A DNA stretch of 64,000 nt from an uncultured Planctomycetaceae bacterium (GCA_963785305.1 CAWAUV010000007.1:1056001-1120000), one strand, 5' to 3'. Shown: positions 1-12,300, counted from the first letter of the stretch. Program-made: numbers and translations. Notes: generated from the letters alone by a model not told the origin.

Positions 1-512
1 CAGGGTTCGCTCAGCATGTCCCCGGGAATGAACATGAACGCCGCCCACAAGAGCCCGTAGGCCAGCGAGCAGAGCGTGGCCCGGAGCCAGAGCGAGCGGC
101 CGGAATAGGGTTCGAGCTCGTCGTTGCGCAGCACATTGTAGCTGCCCACGGCGACCGGCGGCGAGACCATCGCGAGCCCCAGGGCGATCACGATCCATTT
201 CAAGCCGGCCGGCGCCGCGCGGGAAATATAAGCCACGGCGAAGGTCACCACCACGCCCAGCACGATCGCGCCCACGACCGCGGGTTTGAACTTCGTTTCC
301 TGGCGAGGAATCGGCTTGCTGACCGGGCGGCCCTTCTTGTCCTTGCCCGCCGAGGCATATTGCTCGGGTTCGGCGATTTTGATTTCGGGCGCCGCGAGGG
401 CCGGAATCTGAATGATGGCTTTGCATTTGGGACAAGGCCCCCGCTTGCCGGCGAACTTATCGCTCACCGAGAAACGGGCTTTGCATCCCGCGCACAGAAC
501 GGCGATCGGCAT
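1..512 (-). CDS. Zinc-ribbon N-terminal membrane protein (runs off the window start)
   Basis: Read by hand from the ATG at 512: MPIAVLCAGCKARFSVSDKFAGKRGPCPKCKAII (CxxC...CxxC), followed by several hydrophobic helices. Confidence 0.7.
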   Translation of the reverse strand, partial: MPIAVLCAGCKARFSVSDKFAGKRGPCPKCKAIIQIPALAAPEIKIAEPEQYASAGKDKKGRPVSKPIPRQETKFKPAVVGAIVLGVVVTFAVAYISRAAPAGLKWIVIALGLAMVSPPVAVGSYNVLRNDELEPYSGRSLWLRATLCSLAYGLLWAAFMFIPGDMLSEP

Positions 513-911
513 CGAAAGAACTCGAAAAAGAAGAGAGTCGGATTCGCGGCTGGGCGGCCCCTGGCGCGTCGGAAGCTGGCCGCGGCCCGCCGATCCGCCT
601 ATCCACGGCCGGCCGGAAACGATTGCAGGAAAACTTCGCGGCGCCGCGCGCACTGGGGAAACCGCGCGTTTCGCCATTGCTGGCCGCGCTGGCCCTTGCG
701 ACTTCTCCAGTTTCGCACAGCCCGGGCACGACTTCAAGGCGACACTGCCCGCCGGCGAAAGGCTCGGCAGGCTCGGCGGGCCGGCCGGCGGTAGGTTGCG
801 ACCCCGAAATCAGCGAGATATAGTATCGGATTGCAAGGGGCCTTGGGCGCGCGCGATGGGGAGAGCGGCAACCGCGGCCAAAAAAGTGCGGGCTCACCGA
901 AAGTCGCGACC

Positions 912-2094
912 ATGGAAGCCAAGCTCGTTATCGTCAGCGGCGCCCAAAAGCCGACCGAATTCAAGCTCAAACTGCCCACCGTGATCGGTCGCAGCCGCAG
1001 CGTCGATTTGCCGCTGGGCCATTCGCTCGTCAGTCGCCAGCATTGCCAATTGTTCGAAGACGGCGGCCGGCTCAAGCTCCGTGACCTGGGCTCGCTCAAC
1101 GGCACCATTAAAAACGGCGCTCGCATCACCGACGAAACGGTGCTCGAGCCAGGCGATCGCTTCACGGTCGGTCCGGTCACGTTCGAGGCGGTGTATGGCG
1201 TGATGCCTCGGCGCGAGACTTCCGACTCGGCCACGTCCAATTCCGACGACTTTTCCGACACGTTGCAGTTGCCGCCGCGCGCGAGCGGCTCGCATAGCGG
1301 CATCGCTCCAAACGCCGCGGCCCATGTGGCCAGCCATCTCGACACGGTGGAGCACGACCCGGAGCAGGCCCCCGAATCCGCCGCGGAACAGGCCGAGTCC
1401 GAACCGGCCGCCGCGGAACATGGGCCCCCCGGCGTCGCGCCTCCCGAGGCGGCGACCCCCGAGGCCGCGACCTCCGACGAGCTGAGCGCCTTCAATGCGA
1501 AAGCAAGCGCGCCGAAGACGCGCCCCATCGTGCGCCGAAGACGCGCCCCATCGCGCGCCGAAGTCGAGCCCGAACCGTTGGACCTCGACGTGTCCAGCGA
1601 GCTTCAGCTTTCGGAGGCGCCGGACGAAGCATCGCCGGAGGCCGAGGCGATGGGCGACGATCCGTTTGATTTTCTGGGCGGCGCCGACGAGCCGATCGCG
1701 CCGGTGGCCGACGCCGAGGAGTCGCCTCCTCCGCACGACGCCGCCGACGAGCCCGCGAGCGACTCCGAAGAACCGCCGGCGAGGGCGAGCCGCGACAAAC
1801 CAGCGAAGAAGCTGGGCTTTTGGGGCAAGAAGACGCCTCCTCCGGTGAAGGGCGCGAAATCGCCCGCCGCCAAGTCGCCCGCCGCCAAGCCCTCGGCCAA
1901 AGCCGCCGACCGCGCGAGACGAGAAGCATTCCGCAGCCCCGGATGACGACGCTTCTTCCAGCCCCGCCACCGACGTCGCCGCTTCGGCCGAGCCGCACGA
2001 CGCCGAAACGGAGTTCCTGCCGCCCCCGGCCCACGGCCCGGAGTCGAGCGAACAAGCATCGCCGCCCGACAACGTGTTCGACTTTCTTCAGTAG
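912..2094 (+). CDS. FHA-domain protein with long acidic/Pro-Ala tail (frameshift near 1915-1945)
   Basis: IGRS...VSRQHC...DLGSLNGT FHA motifs. The tail continues in another frame to ...DNVFDFLQ* (TAG 2092-2094). Confidence 0.8.
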
Positions 2095-2120
2095 CGATCG
2101 GCTCTCGCGATCGTCGAACC

Positions 2121-2477
2121 ATGCTCCTCTTCAAGAAGAAATTTCTCGACGCGATCCGCGCGGGCGAGAAAACGCAGACGATTCGACTCTGGCCCTTCTG
2201 CCGCATGAAAGCCGGCCAACGGAGCTATATTCCAGGGGCCGGATACATTCGTGTTCTGGCTGTCGACAAAATCGAATTGGCCGCGCTTGAAGACGCCGAT
2301 GCTCGGCCCGACGGCTTCGCCACCGCCGAAGCGCTGTCTCCGAATTGCAGGGCGCTCTACGGCGAACAGCTCGCCGCCGGACAGCAAGCGTATCGGATTC
2401 GGTTCGAGGTGCTGAGTGCCCCGGAGCAGGCCGAGGCCAAAGCCGCGCGCCAGGCCCGAAAAAGGCTTGTCCAATAA
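2121..2477 (+). CDS. ASCH-domain protein
   Basis: F..KFLDAIRAGEKTQTIR and DA..DGF motifs typical of the ASCH family. Confidence 0.8.
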   Translation: MLLFKKKFLDAIRAGEKTQTIRLWPFCRMKAGQRSYIPGAGYIRVLAVDKIELAALEDADARPDGFATAEALSPNCRALYGEQLAAGQQAYRIRFEVLSAPEQAEAKAARQARKRLVQ

Positions 2478-2573
2478 GTCCGCGCGATCGAAGCACGCGC
2501 TGCCGGAAGCAAAGTTCGCAATCTCGCGACGCGACGCGGAAGTGGCGCACGGGAACGCGGGGAAGGAGCCTTG

Positions 2574-2779
2574 GCCACGGAATCTCACGGAAAAACACGA
2601 AATCATAAGCGAGGAAATTCCTCCGGGGCCCATTCCTTTCTCTTCGTTCCGTGCTCTTCCGTGCGTTTCCGTGGCCTCCCCCACGCTCTCCCCTCGCGAG
2701 AAAGCCTGCTGAAATAATTCAACAGGCTGGAGAGGATACGGCCACGGAACAACGAATCACGAAGTTGTTTTCCGTCGGC
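2574..2779. repeat. REP/MITE-like imperfect inverted repeats built from 10-bp-period CACGGAA units
   Basis: Left arm GCCACGGAATCTCACGGAAAAACACGAAA (2574-2602) pairs with a right arm at 2641-2675. A second hairpin lies at about 2740-2779, and a related single arm at 61765-61797. Confidence 0.6.
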
Positions 2780-2781
2780 TC

Positions 2782-3379
2782 TTAATCGGCAGGTCGCCAG
2801 CGATCGCCCGCGGGAAGCCAGCGGTATCCATGGCGATGGACGACCGGAATATATCGGCCGAACTGCTGCTCGAAACGGTAGCCCGTCTCGGACTCATAGA
2901 TCATCGCCACCGTGGTGCGTATCACTTGCCAGTGCTCGTTGGGCAAGAGCTTCAGATAGACCTCGGTGCCCTCGCGCACCGTGTCTTCGGCCAATTTCGG
3001 GTCCCAGCGGCGGAGCAGATCGAGCGCTTCGCGGGGGAAGGTTGATGTTGAATCGCCGCGCGTCCTGGGTCGTGCCGGGACCAAAGGCGATGCCGAACCG
3101 GCCGTCGCCCAAGTACAGCGACCAGACCCGGCGATTGAGCCTCGCGTCGAAGTGGCTGTAGATATTGTTGGGGCGAAGCTGCTCCGCGGGCATCGGCAGC
3201 GTTTTGCCCGTTTCGGGATCGAGCTTGCGGATGCCCAGGCCATCGTCGGCGCGGGCCGGGCTCGAAAATCCAGCGCCGGCCGCCGCGGCAACGATGGCCC
3301 CGATCAGTGCAAGCCGCCAAATGGCGCCATGCGTCGCATGGGCCGGCTGGTTCTTCGACCGCCGCGCACGGGACATCAT
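2782..3379 (-). CDS. Hypothetical secreted protein (frameshift near 3040)
   Basis: Signal-peptide-like ...LALIGAIVAAAAGAGFSSPARA-DD in ORF 2894..3952 joins the protein-like C-terminus of ORF 2782..3291. Confidence 0.6.
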
Positions 3380-3404
3380 CGACGCGTGTCTCCCGCCGAA
3401 CAAT

Positions 3405-3449
3405 CCAAATAGAACATCGCCAAATAGAACATCGCCAAATAGAACATCG
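3405..3449. repeat. 15-bp tandem repeat x3 (CCAAATAGAACATCG)
   Basis: Directly visible in the intergenic region between divergent genes. Confidence 0.9.
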
Positions 3450-3622
3450 AGAGTATCGTTGGTTATCGGTCGCCATCGCAAGCCGCAAGGCACGAAAACG
3501 CGAATTCCCGGAGGTGTTGCCTGCCGCTCTCGATTCGGGCAACATATAATCGGCCCGGTCCGAATAGTTTCTCGGTCGCCCGGGCCCTTCCGCCCCGTTC
3601 CCCCATTGCCCACGAATTCGCC

Positions 3623-4516
3623 ATGCTCGCACGAACAAACTATCCCGATCTTTCGTTGCGCCATGAACCGATCACGGATTTCGTCGCCCGCCCCGCGACT
3701 CCCGAAGCCTGGGACGCCTATCGCCTGTCGCCGGAGCAGGTCGAATCCTTTGATCGCCAAGGTTATGTCGCGGGCATTCGGATCCTGAATGACGCGCAGG
3801 TCGATCGCCTTCGCGCGGAGCTGGCCGAGTTGACCGACACGAAGCATCCGGGCGCCGGGCTCTTTTATGAATACAACTCGAACGAGTCGGCCGATCCGGC
3901 TCGGGTGCTCTTTCATGCCTTGGGCGCATGGCGCATCGCGCCGGGATTTCACGACCTACTCTGGAGCCCTGAGTTTCTCGTGCCGGCGAGCCAACTGCTC
4001 GGCGGCGCGGTGCGGTTTTGGCATGACCAGCTTTTTTGCAAGCCATCGCATCATGGCGGCGTCGTGGCGTGGCATCAGGACTATTCCTATTGGACGCGCA
4101 CCACGCCCCTGGCGCATCTCACCTGCTGGATCGGTCTCGACGACGCCACGAGCGACAACGGCTGCTTGCAATATGTGCCCGGCAGCCATCGTTGGAACTT
4201 GTTGCCCGTGACCGGACTGGCCGGCGACATGAACGCGATTCAATCGGTGCTTTCGCCCGAGCAACGCGAAGCGTTCAAGCCGGTGGCGATCGAGCTCCGC
4301 CGGGGCGAGGCGGCCTTTCATCATCCGCTCTTGGTGCATGGCTCCTATGAAAACCGCACCGAACGCCAGCGGAGAGCCGTGGTGCTCAACGCGGTGCGCG
4401 ACGGAGTGGTCTCGGCCTCGAACGAGCCCTTGCTCTCGGGCACATCGAGTGTGCCCGAGGGGCAGCCGCTCTCCGGGCAGTTTTTTCCGCTCCTGTACCG
4501 TCCGCATTGCTCGTGA
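3623..4516 (+). CDS. Phytanoyl-CoA dioxygenase (PhyH) family Fe(II)/2OG oxygenase
   Basis: [22 protein letters not shown] and HGS motifs. Confidence 0.9.
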   Translation: MLARTNYPDLSLRHEPITDFVARPATPEAWDAYRLSPEQVESFDRQGYVAGIRILNDAQVDRLRAELAELTDTKHPGAGLFYEYNSNESADPARVLFHALGAWRIAPGFHDLLWSPEFLVPASQLLGGAVRFWHDQLFCKPSHHGGVVAWHQDYSYWTRTTPLAHLTCWIGLDDATSDNGCLQYVPGSHRWNLLPVTGLAGDMNAIQSVLSPEQREAFKPVAIELRRGEAAFHHPLLVHGSYENRTERQRRAVVLNAVRDGVVSASNEPLLSGTSSVPEGQPLSGQFFPLLYRPHCS

Positions 4517-4537
4517 AGGGATCGGCGCGAGCGACTT

Positions 4538-5483
4538 ATGGAAGCCGACTTTCTTCGCTGGCTCGCCGCCCGCACTCCGCCCGACGCGCGCTTGCCGCTG
4601 GGGCTGACCGACGACGCCGCGCTTGTGGCGCTGCCGGCGCAAGAGCCGGGCGGCGCTCGAACTGGCGCGGGGCTCGTGGCCACGGTCGATATGCTGACCG
4701 ATGGGGTGGACTTTCGTCTGGGGGAGGTCGATCCGCGGCGCAGTGGGACGGAAAGCCTTGGCGGTGAATCTGAGCGACTTGGCGGCGATGGCGGCTCGCC
4801 CGCTGGCGGCGCTGGTGGCGATTGCCCTGCCGCGAGCCGGAAGCGCCGCGCTGGCCCGAGAGCTCTACGAAGGACTGCTTCCGCTGGCCCGAGAGTTCGA
4901 CACGCCGCTGGCCGGCGGCGACACGAACACCTGGGATGGCCCACTGGCCGTGAGTGTCACGCTGCTGGGCCTTGCCGGTTCCCGCGGGCCGCTCACGCGA
5001 GGCGGCGCTCGGCCGGGCGATGTGATCGTGGTCACCGGCCGATTCGGCGGCAGCTTGGCGGGGCATCATTTCGATTTCACGCCGCGCATGCGCGAGGCGC
5101 TGATACTTGGCCGAGCACTACGCGCTCCATGCCGGGATCGATGTGAGCGATGGCCTTTCGCTCGATTTGGCTCGACTCGTGGCGGCGAGCGGCTGTGGAG
5201 CGTGGATCGATCTCGATCGCGTGCCGATCGCCCGCGGCGCAATCGAACTGGCCGGCAAACATCCGGAGCAGGGCTCGCCGCTCGAGCGAGGCGCTCGGCG
5301 ATGGCGAGGATTTCGAACTGATCCTCGCCGTGCCACCCGAGGACGTCGAGCGCATGCTTCAAGATCGGGCCGTGGGCCGCGCCGCTGTGCGTGATCGGGC
5401 ACTGCGTCGCCGAGCCGGGGCTCTGGCACACCCAGGCCGATGGCAGCCGAGCGCCGCTGGCGCCCCGTGGTTATTTGCATTAA
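4538..5483 (+). CDS. thiL: Thiamine-monophosphate kinase (multiple frameshifts)
   Basis: DDAA, GRKALAVNLSDLAAM, GGDTN, IDVSDGLSLDL and GEDFEL motifs spread over successive frames; ends ...RGYLH* at 5483. Confidence 0.9.
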
Positions 5484-5520
5484 CACGCGAGAATCGCAAC
5501 GCGCAAACATGAGAGCTTCG

Positions 5521-6024
5521 ATGAACAACTCGGACACGGCTTGCTGGATGTTTGAATCACTAAGCGAGGCCGACACCGCGCGGCTGGGCCGCGCACTGGC
5601 GGCGGTGTTGCCCAAGCAGGCGGTCGTGGCGCTCGATGGCCCGCTCGGCGCGGGCAAGACCCGGCTGGTGCAGGCCATCGCCGAGGCGGCGGGCATTGAT
5701 CGGTCGGAAGTCGTGAGCCCGACGTTCGTGCTCATTCAAGAGCATCATGGCGCCCAATCGATTTACCACATGGACGCGTATCGCTTGGCCGGCGCCGAGG
5801 AATTTCGCCAAATGGGCGGCGAGGAGTACTTTCAAGGCGGCTCGCCGGCGTGGACCTTCGTCGAATGGGCCGAGCGAATCGGCGAAGCACTACCACCCGA
5901 CACGATCTTTATCGCGATCGAACCGCGAACAGGCGACGCGAGAAGCATCACGATCACGGCGCCGAGCGACGAAGTTCCCGAGTTTCTCGCCGCGCTGCGC
6001 CGAGAGCTTGAGGCGGGACACTGA
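5521..6024 (+). CDS. tsaE: tRNA threonylcarbamoyladenosine biosynthesis ATPase
   Basis: LDGPLGAGKT, SPTF, HMDAYRL and VEWA motifs. Confidence 0.95.
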   Translation: MNNSDTACWMFESLSEADTARLGRALAAVLPKQAVVALDGPLGAGKTRLVQAIAEAAGIDRSEVVSPTFVLIQEHHGAQSIYHMDAYRLAGAEEFRQMGGEEYFQGGSPAWTFVEWAERIGEALPPDTIFIAIEPRTGDARSITITAPSDEVPEFLAALRRELEAGH

Positions 6025-6048
6025 TACGACCCATTCAGCGCCGCGGGG

Positions 6049-7338
6049 TCACTCCCTCTTCGACGTCGGCAGTGAGCGTTCGGTGGGGCCGGTGTAGATT
6101 TGGCGGGGGCGGCAGATTTTCGTCGAGGGGCCGCCAGCGTGCATTTCCATCCAATGCGCGATCCAGCCCGGCAGCCGGCCGATGGCGAACATCGGCGTGA
6201 ACATCTGCACCGGAATGCCGATCGCGCGATAGATCACGCCGGAATAGAAATCGACATTCGGATACAGCTTGCGCTCGATGAAATACGGATCGCTCAGCGC
6301 CACTTCGGCCAGTTCTTGCGCGATCTCGAAGATCGGATCGTTGATGTGCCGCTTGGCCAGGAGCTTATCGCAAGTGCGCTTGATGATCGTGGCTCGCGGA
6401 TCGAAGTTCTTGTACACGCGATGCCCGAAGCCCATCAGGCGGAAACCGCTGTTCTTGTTCTTGGCCATGTCGACGTATTTCTTCACATTGCCGCCATCGG
6501 CCCGAATCTGTTCGAGCATTTCGACGCACGCCTGATTGGCGCCGCCGTGCAAGGGGCCCCACAAGGCGCTGATGCCGGCCGAGATCGAGGCGAACAGATT
6601 CGCGTCGCTCGAGCCGACCATGCGCACCGTCGAGGTGCTGCAATTCTGCTCGTGGTCGGCATGCACGATAAAAAGCAAGTTGAGCGCCGCCGCGAAATCG
6701 GGATCGACCTCGTACTTCTCCGAGGGCACGGCGAACATCATGTGCAAGAAGTTCTCGCAATAGGCCAGATCATTGCGCGGATACATGAACGGCTGGCCGT
6801 TCGACTTCTTATACGTATACGCGGCGATCGTCGGCAGCTTGGCCAAGAGCCGATGCACCGACATCTCGACCTGATGCTCGTCGTGCGGATTGAGCGAGTC
6901 TTGATAAAAGGTCGACAGCGCGCCCACGACCGAACTGCAAATGGCCATCGGATGCGCGTTGCGCGGAAAGCCGCTGTAGAAGGCCCGCATCTCCTCGTGA
7001 ATCAGTGTGTGACGGCGGAGCGCGGCGTTGAATTTTTCGAGCTGCTGGGCGTCGGGCAGTTCGCCATAGATCAAAAGATAGCTCACCTCGACGAAGGTCA
7101 GCTTTTCGGCGAGTTGTTCGATCGGGTAGCCACGATAGCGGAGAATGCCTTTTTCGCCGTCGAGATAGGTGATGCTGCTCTTGGTCGAGCCGGTGTTGAC
7201 AAAGCCTTCGTCGAGCGTGATATATCCGGTTTGGGCCCGCAATTTCGAGATATCCAGGCCCGGCTCGTTTTCGGTTCCGATAACGACCGGCAGCTCGATT
7301 TCCTTTTCACCCAGGCGTAACTTGGCCACACCGCTCAT
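6049..7338 (-). CDS. gltA: Citrate synthase (type II)
   Basis: HADHEQNCSTS, GPLHGGAN, GFGHRVYK and YPNVDFYSG motifs. Confidence 0.98.
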   Translation of the reverse strand: MSGVAKLRLGEKEIELPVVIGTENEPGLDISKLRAQTGYITLDEGFVNTGSTKSSITYLDGEKGILRYRGYPIEQLAEKLTFVEVSYLLIYGELPDAQQLEKFNAALRRHTLIHEEMRAFYSGFPRNAHPMAICSSVVGALSTFYQDSLNPHDEHQVEMSVHRLLAKLPTIAAYTYKKSNGQPFMYPRNDLAYCENFLHMMFAVPSEKYEVDPDFAAALNLLFIVHADHEQNCSTSTVRMVGSSDANLFASISAGISALWGPLHGGANQACVEMLEQIRADGGNVKKYVDMAKNKNSGFRLMGFGHRVYKNFDPRATIIKRTCDKLLAKRHINDPIFEIAQELAEVALSDPYFIERKLYPNVDFYSGVIYRAIGIPVQMFTPMFAIGRLPGWIAHWMEMHAGGPSTKICRPRQIYTGPTERSLPTSKRE

Positions 7339-7670
7339 CGAACATTCCCCTTCCTAAGCATGAAGCAACTCTCGCGGCCCGTTGAATCGCTCAACAGGCC
7401 GCCCGGGCGCGCCGACCGCCTGTCTCGCGCGCTGAAACACTTTCTGGCTCGCTGAAATAAATGCTGGTCGCTCTTGGCGACGTCCGGCGCGCCAGTCTAG
7501 CGGTTGGCTCGCGCTTCGGCAATCGGCGCGGCCGGGGGGCGCGCAGCGCAAAGTCGGCGAAAAAGAGCCGCGGCGTCAAGGAGAAAACCGGGAACTCTTA
7601 CGTTCGCGTTAGGAAGGAGCGGGAATCGCGCGCCGCTCCCGCGCGAGAGGGCAATGCCTCGCGAGGGCCT

Positions 7671-9233
7671 CTACTGCATGGCGCCGGTCTGGCGAGCCAC
7701 CAAGGGGGCGACCGGCGGATCGTCGAACACGGTGCGAACCGGAGTTCGGTCGCGGAGCTTCTTCACATAGCGCTCCATTTCACCTTCCGCCCGACTGTCC
7801 TTGATTTTTTTCTTGATCTCGATTTGGGCCTCGGTGAATGGAGTGCGAACGACGCCGTAGCGCTCCACGACGCGAATGATCGAGAGCCCGTGATCGTCTT
7901 CGATGATGCGGCTCAGCGTGCCGACGGGCAAATTGAAGATCGCGGCGTCGAGATCGGCCGACGCCACGCTACCCTTGCGAGTCCAATCGTGGAGCCCGTT
8001 CTCGCAAGACTTGTCATCGGAATGCTGCTTGGCCATTTCGGCCATCGAGGCGCCCTTGAGCAACTCATTGCCCCAGCCGGCCAGCAACTGCCAAGCTTCC
8101 TCGCGCGAGGCATGGCGGTCGAACCGCACTCGAAGCTGCTCCCAGCGCGCTCGCGGCGGAGTTTCGTAGTCGGGCAAGTGCGCATGGTAGTAGTCGAGCA
8201 TTTGCTGGTGCGTGATTTCGAACTCTTGCTTGACCTGCTGATGAATGAACTGGCTGGCCACGGCCCGTTCGAAATAGGCTTGCCGCTGTTTTTCGAGCGA
8301 CGAGCCGCCGAGCCGCAGTTTTTGATCGAGCTCGCCGCGCGTCTTGAGCTTCGAGTCGGCGATCATCGCGGGCACGAGCTCTTTTTCGAAGTTCTCGTCG
8401 ACCTGCGCCTGAATCTTGGGCATGTTGTCCTTGGGCAACTTGCGCTTCGCGTCGGCGAAGATCAGCTTGGTCTCGATCACCGGCCGGAGATAATCTTTCA
8501 GCAGCTTGCGCCGCGTGGCGTCGAGTTGCTCGGGCGGAATTTGGGCGATGTTCTTCTCGATGATCTCGTTGACTTGCGGCAAGATATCGCCGGAAAGAAT
8601 CGGGTCGTTTCCCACCCAGGCGATAATCTCGGTGCCGGAAAGTTCTTCATGGGCCGGCGCCAGCTCGGCGTCGTAAGCGTCGCGGGGAGCGACAATCGCG
8701 GGGGCGCCGCTCGCCGGGCCGCCACCGCCGGCGGTGGGAGCCATCGGACCCATGCCCGGGCCCGACATGGCGCCCGGACCCAAGGGCCCGCCCGTTCGCG
8801 GGGCCCCGAAATTCATGGGGCCATTATTCCCGCCTTGGGCCGACATGTTCGACGCGCCATACGAAGCAAAGGGCGAACTGGCGCCAGACATCCGAGGGCT
8901 TGCTTGATCCGCGTCGGCCGATTGCTGGGGGCTTCCGCCTACCCAGGAGCTCGGACGGGTCGCTTGCGTGGGCATGGCGGGCGGCCCGGGCATATAGGTC
9001 CCGCCCGGAATCGGATTGGCGCCCATGCCCGGCTGATAGGGCCCGCCCATGCCTTGCTGATACGGATTGCCGGGGCCGAGCGCGCTGCCACTTCCATAGG
9101 GACCGTACTGCGGATCGGCGGGATTGATCGGTCCCTGGGCCATGGTGGCGCCGGCGCTCAAGAGGGCGAGCGCCGCGGCGATTTCGCCGGCGGCGCCGCA
9201 CATGATCGGAGATTTCCTTCGGCGACGATTCAC
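7671..9233 (-). CDS. SurA/PpiC-type (parvulin) peptidyl-prolyl isomerase with Gly/Pro/Met-rich N-terminus
   Basis: Signal peptide, AWVGNDPIL SurA-N-like region, and AKQHSDD...IFNLPVGTLS parvulin motifs; lies downstream of mfd. Confidence 0.8.
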   Translation of the reverse strand: MNRRRRKSPIMCGAAGEIAAALALLSAGATMAQGPINPADPQYGPYGSGSALGPGNPYQQGMGGPYQPGMGANPIPGGTYMPGPPAMPTQATRPSSWVGGSPQQSADADQASPRMSGASSPFASYGASNMSAQGGNNGPMNFGAPRTGGPLGPGAMSGPGMGPMAPTAGGGGPASGAPAIVAPRDAYDAELAPAHEELSGTEIIAWVGNDPILSGDILPQVNEIIEKNIAQIPPEQLDATRRKLLKDYLRPVIETKLIFADAKRKLPKDNMPKIQAQVDENFEKELVPAMIADSKLKTRGELDQKLRLGGSSLEKQRQAYFERAVASQFIHQQVKQEFEITHQQMLDYYHAHLPDYETPPRARWEQLRVRFDRHASREEAWQLLAGWGNELLKGASMAEMAKQHSDDKSCENGLHDWTRKGSVASADLDAAIFNLPVGTLSRIIEDDHGLSIIRVVERYGVVRTPFTEAQIEIKKKIKDSRAEGEMERYVKKLRDRTPVRTVFDDPPVAPLVARQTGAMQ

Positions 9234-9377
9234 ACGCGCGATCCCAGGTTTTTAAGCCACGAGCATCCCTCGAAACATTGATCCGACGAATCCCACGCCC
9301 CCGGCCACGCGGACGTGGCGACGCCGAAAGCGAATTTCGCGGGCCGAACCCAAGGGGTGGCGAAGTATACGAATGGC

Positions 9378-12300
9378 CTACTCGGGTCGCAACATCGATT
9401 TGATTTCGCGAACTACTTCCGCCGGATCGACTTGCCCTTTGCCGATCGGCAAATAGGCGCTCCGCTCGTCGACGATCCGCAGCCGCCGCCGGCTCCGAGC
9501 CGCCAGCCGCTCGACCCGCGCGATTGCGATAGCCGAACACAATGTATCCGTCTTCCAAATGAATGTCGGCTATCTGCCAGCTATGCGCCCAGATGCGAAG
9601 CTCCGCTAGCGTCAATAATCGATCCACCTCCGGGGGGCGCGGGCCGAAACGATCGACAAATTCGTTAGCCATTTCCTCCAAATCGGCGGCGTTGGCCAGC
9701 CGCGCCAGCCGGCGATAGAGATCGATCTTCGTTCGGGCCTCGGGCAAGTAGCCGCGCGGAATGAACGCTTCGACCGGCAAATCGAGCGCCACCTCGACCA
9801 CTTGCTTGACCGGCATCTTTTTCAGGGCCCGCACCGCTTTTTCGAGCAGCTCGCAGTAAAGCTCGTAGCCGACGCTGGCAATGTGTCCGCTCTGCTGGGT
9901 GCCGAGGATATTGCCGGCGCCGCGCAGCTCCAGATCGCGCATCGCGATCGCGAAGCCGGCGCCCATGTCGCTGAATTCCTCGATCGCCCGCAGCCGCTTG
10001 GCCGCGATCGGCGCCAAATGCCGCTTGGGATCGACCAGCAAATAGCAATAGGCCCGATGCTTGTATCGCCCCACGCGGCCGCGCAGCTGATGCAAGTCGG
10101 CGAGGCCGTAGCGGTCGGCGTCGTCGATGAAGATCGTGTTGGCGTTTGGAATATCGAGCCCGCTCTCGATGATCGTGGTCGCCACCAGAATGTCGGCCCG
10201 ATGCGCCACGAAATCGAGCATCACTTCCTCGAGCTCGCCCTCGGGCATCTGACCATGCCCGATGATGATCCGGGCCTCGGGCACGATTTGATTCAGCTTT
10301 TGGGCCACGGCTTCGATGTCGTACACGCGATTATGCACGAAGAACACCTGTCCGCCGCGATTCAGTTCCCTGAGGATCGCGTGGCGAATCAAGTCGTCGT
10401 CGAATCGCGTGACGCGAGTCTCGACCGCCAAGCGATCGGCCGGCGGGGTCTCGAGATTCGAGATATCGCGCACCCCGAGCAGCGACAAATGCAACGTGCG
10501 CGGGATCGGGGTGGCGGTCATGGTGAGCACGTCGATGATGCGCCGCAGCGCCTTGAGCCGCTCTTTCACCTCGACGCCAAACCGCTGCTCCTCGTCGATG
10601 ATCAAAAGGCCCAGGTTTTGAAAAGTGACATCGGCCTGCGCCAGCCGATGGGTGCCGATCACGATATCGATGGCGCCGGTGGCCAACCCCTCGAGCGTGG
10701 CCCGCTGCTCCTTGGGAGTCGAAAATCGCGAAAGCGCTCGGATCGTGAAGGGGAAAGCCGCCATCCGCTCGGTGAATGTGCGGCAATGCTGCTCGACCAG
10801 GATCGTGGTCGGCGCGAGCAGGGCTACTTGATAGCCGGCGTCGACCGCCTTGAAGGCGGCCCGCATCGCCATTTCCGTCTTGCCGAATCCCACATCGCCA
10901 CATAGGAGCCGATCCATCGGCCGCTGGCCTTGCATGTCGCGCTTGATCGCCACGATGGCCGTCGCCTGGTCGGGCGTGTCTTGATAGGGAAACGACGCGT
11001 CGAACTCCTGCTGCCACATCGTGTCGCCGCCGAAGCTGATGCCCGGCTTGGCCGCGCGGGCCGCTTGCATCTCGAGCATGTCGGCCGCGAGGTCCGTGAC
11101 CGCGCGCTCGGCGGCTTCTTTCTGCCGGGTCCAGGTTTTGCCGCCGATGCGGGCGAGCGTGGGCCGCGACTTCGAGCCGCCCACGTATTTCTGCACCAGC
11201 TCGATTTTCGAGACCGGCACATAAATCTTGGTTTCGCCGTGAAATTCGAGAATCAAATGTTCTTCGGCCTGCTGCTCCTTGGTCAAAAGCCGCATGCCGC
11301 GATATCGCGCGATGCCGTGCGACAGATGCACGACATAGTCGCCCTCGCGCAGGTCGAGAAAGCTGTCGATCGTGCGGCCGAGCCGCCGCTTCGAGGGTCG
11401 GTGCAAGTCGGCCCGATGAAACAGCTCCCCGCCGCTGACCAGGGTGACGCCCTCGCTCACCAGGCGAAAACCGGCCTTGAGGCGCCCGAGCGGAAAGCTC
11501 AACCGTCCGGCGGCGGCCAGCGCCGTGGCGGCGAAAATCTCGCGCAGCCGCTCGGCCTCGGCGCCGGTCTGGCAAACGACGAACATCCGCTGCTCGCGAC
11601 CATCGACCGTCGGCACGCCGAGCGAAGCGTCGAACTCTTGCCGCACTTTTTCCAGATCGCCCGAAAAACGCTCGACCGATTCGATCTTCAAATGGCCGGT
11701 CGTGTCGAGCGAACTGGCCGCCATGCCCGCCACGACCAACGACGGATGGCGATACATCTCTTGAAGCGTGACCTTCATGCCGTGAAAGTCGCCGGGCCGG
11801 TCGAGACGCTCCAGATAATGCCGCCCCTCGTCTTCGATCTCCGCCGGCTCGATCAGCAGAAACCAAACGCCAGGGTCGAGGTAACTCGTGAAATGCTCGC
11901 GATCGTCGGCACTGGGGGCCAGGGCCGTGATCTCGATCTCCTCGAGCGTTTGCAAGCTCCGCTGGCTTTCGACATCGAACCGCCGGATCGATTCGATCTC
12001 GTCGCCAAAGAACTCGATCCGCGCCGGCGAGTCCCAGTCGGGCGCGAAGAGGTCGATGATTCCGCCGCGGGCCGACACTTCGCCGGGCAGTTCCACGGCG
12101 GTCGTGTGATGAAACCCGCGCTCGACGAGCCAGCGGACGAGCTCCTCGGTCGCCGCGGTTTCGCCTCGCCGCAAATATCGGGTGGCGGCTTTTAGCGTTT
12201 CTCGGCGAGGCGTGGGCTGGAGCAGACTTTGAATGCACGTGACCAGCAGCCGCGGCCCGCGATCCGCGACAAGCGCTTTGAGCACCCGGAGCCGCTCGCC

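Noticed and set aside
1509..1563. 23-bp tandem repeat inside the FHA gene
   Set aside because: The non-triplet unit in a low-complexity linker is probably an in-frame repeat distorted by indel errors; no function can be supported.
7461..9281. Long antisense or alternative-frame ORFs (e.g. 7461-9281, 10331-12496, 27188-28771, 33894-35447)
   Set aside because: These are shadow ORFs expected in high-GC DNA overlapping well-supported genes.
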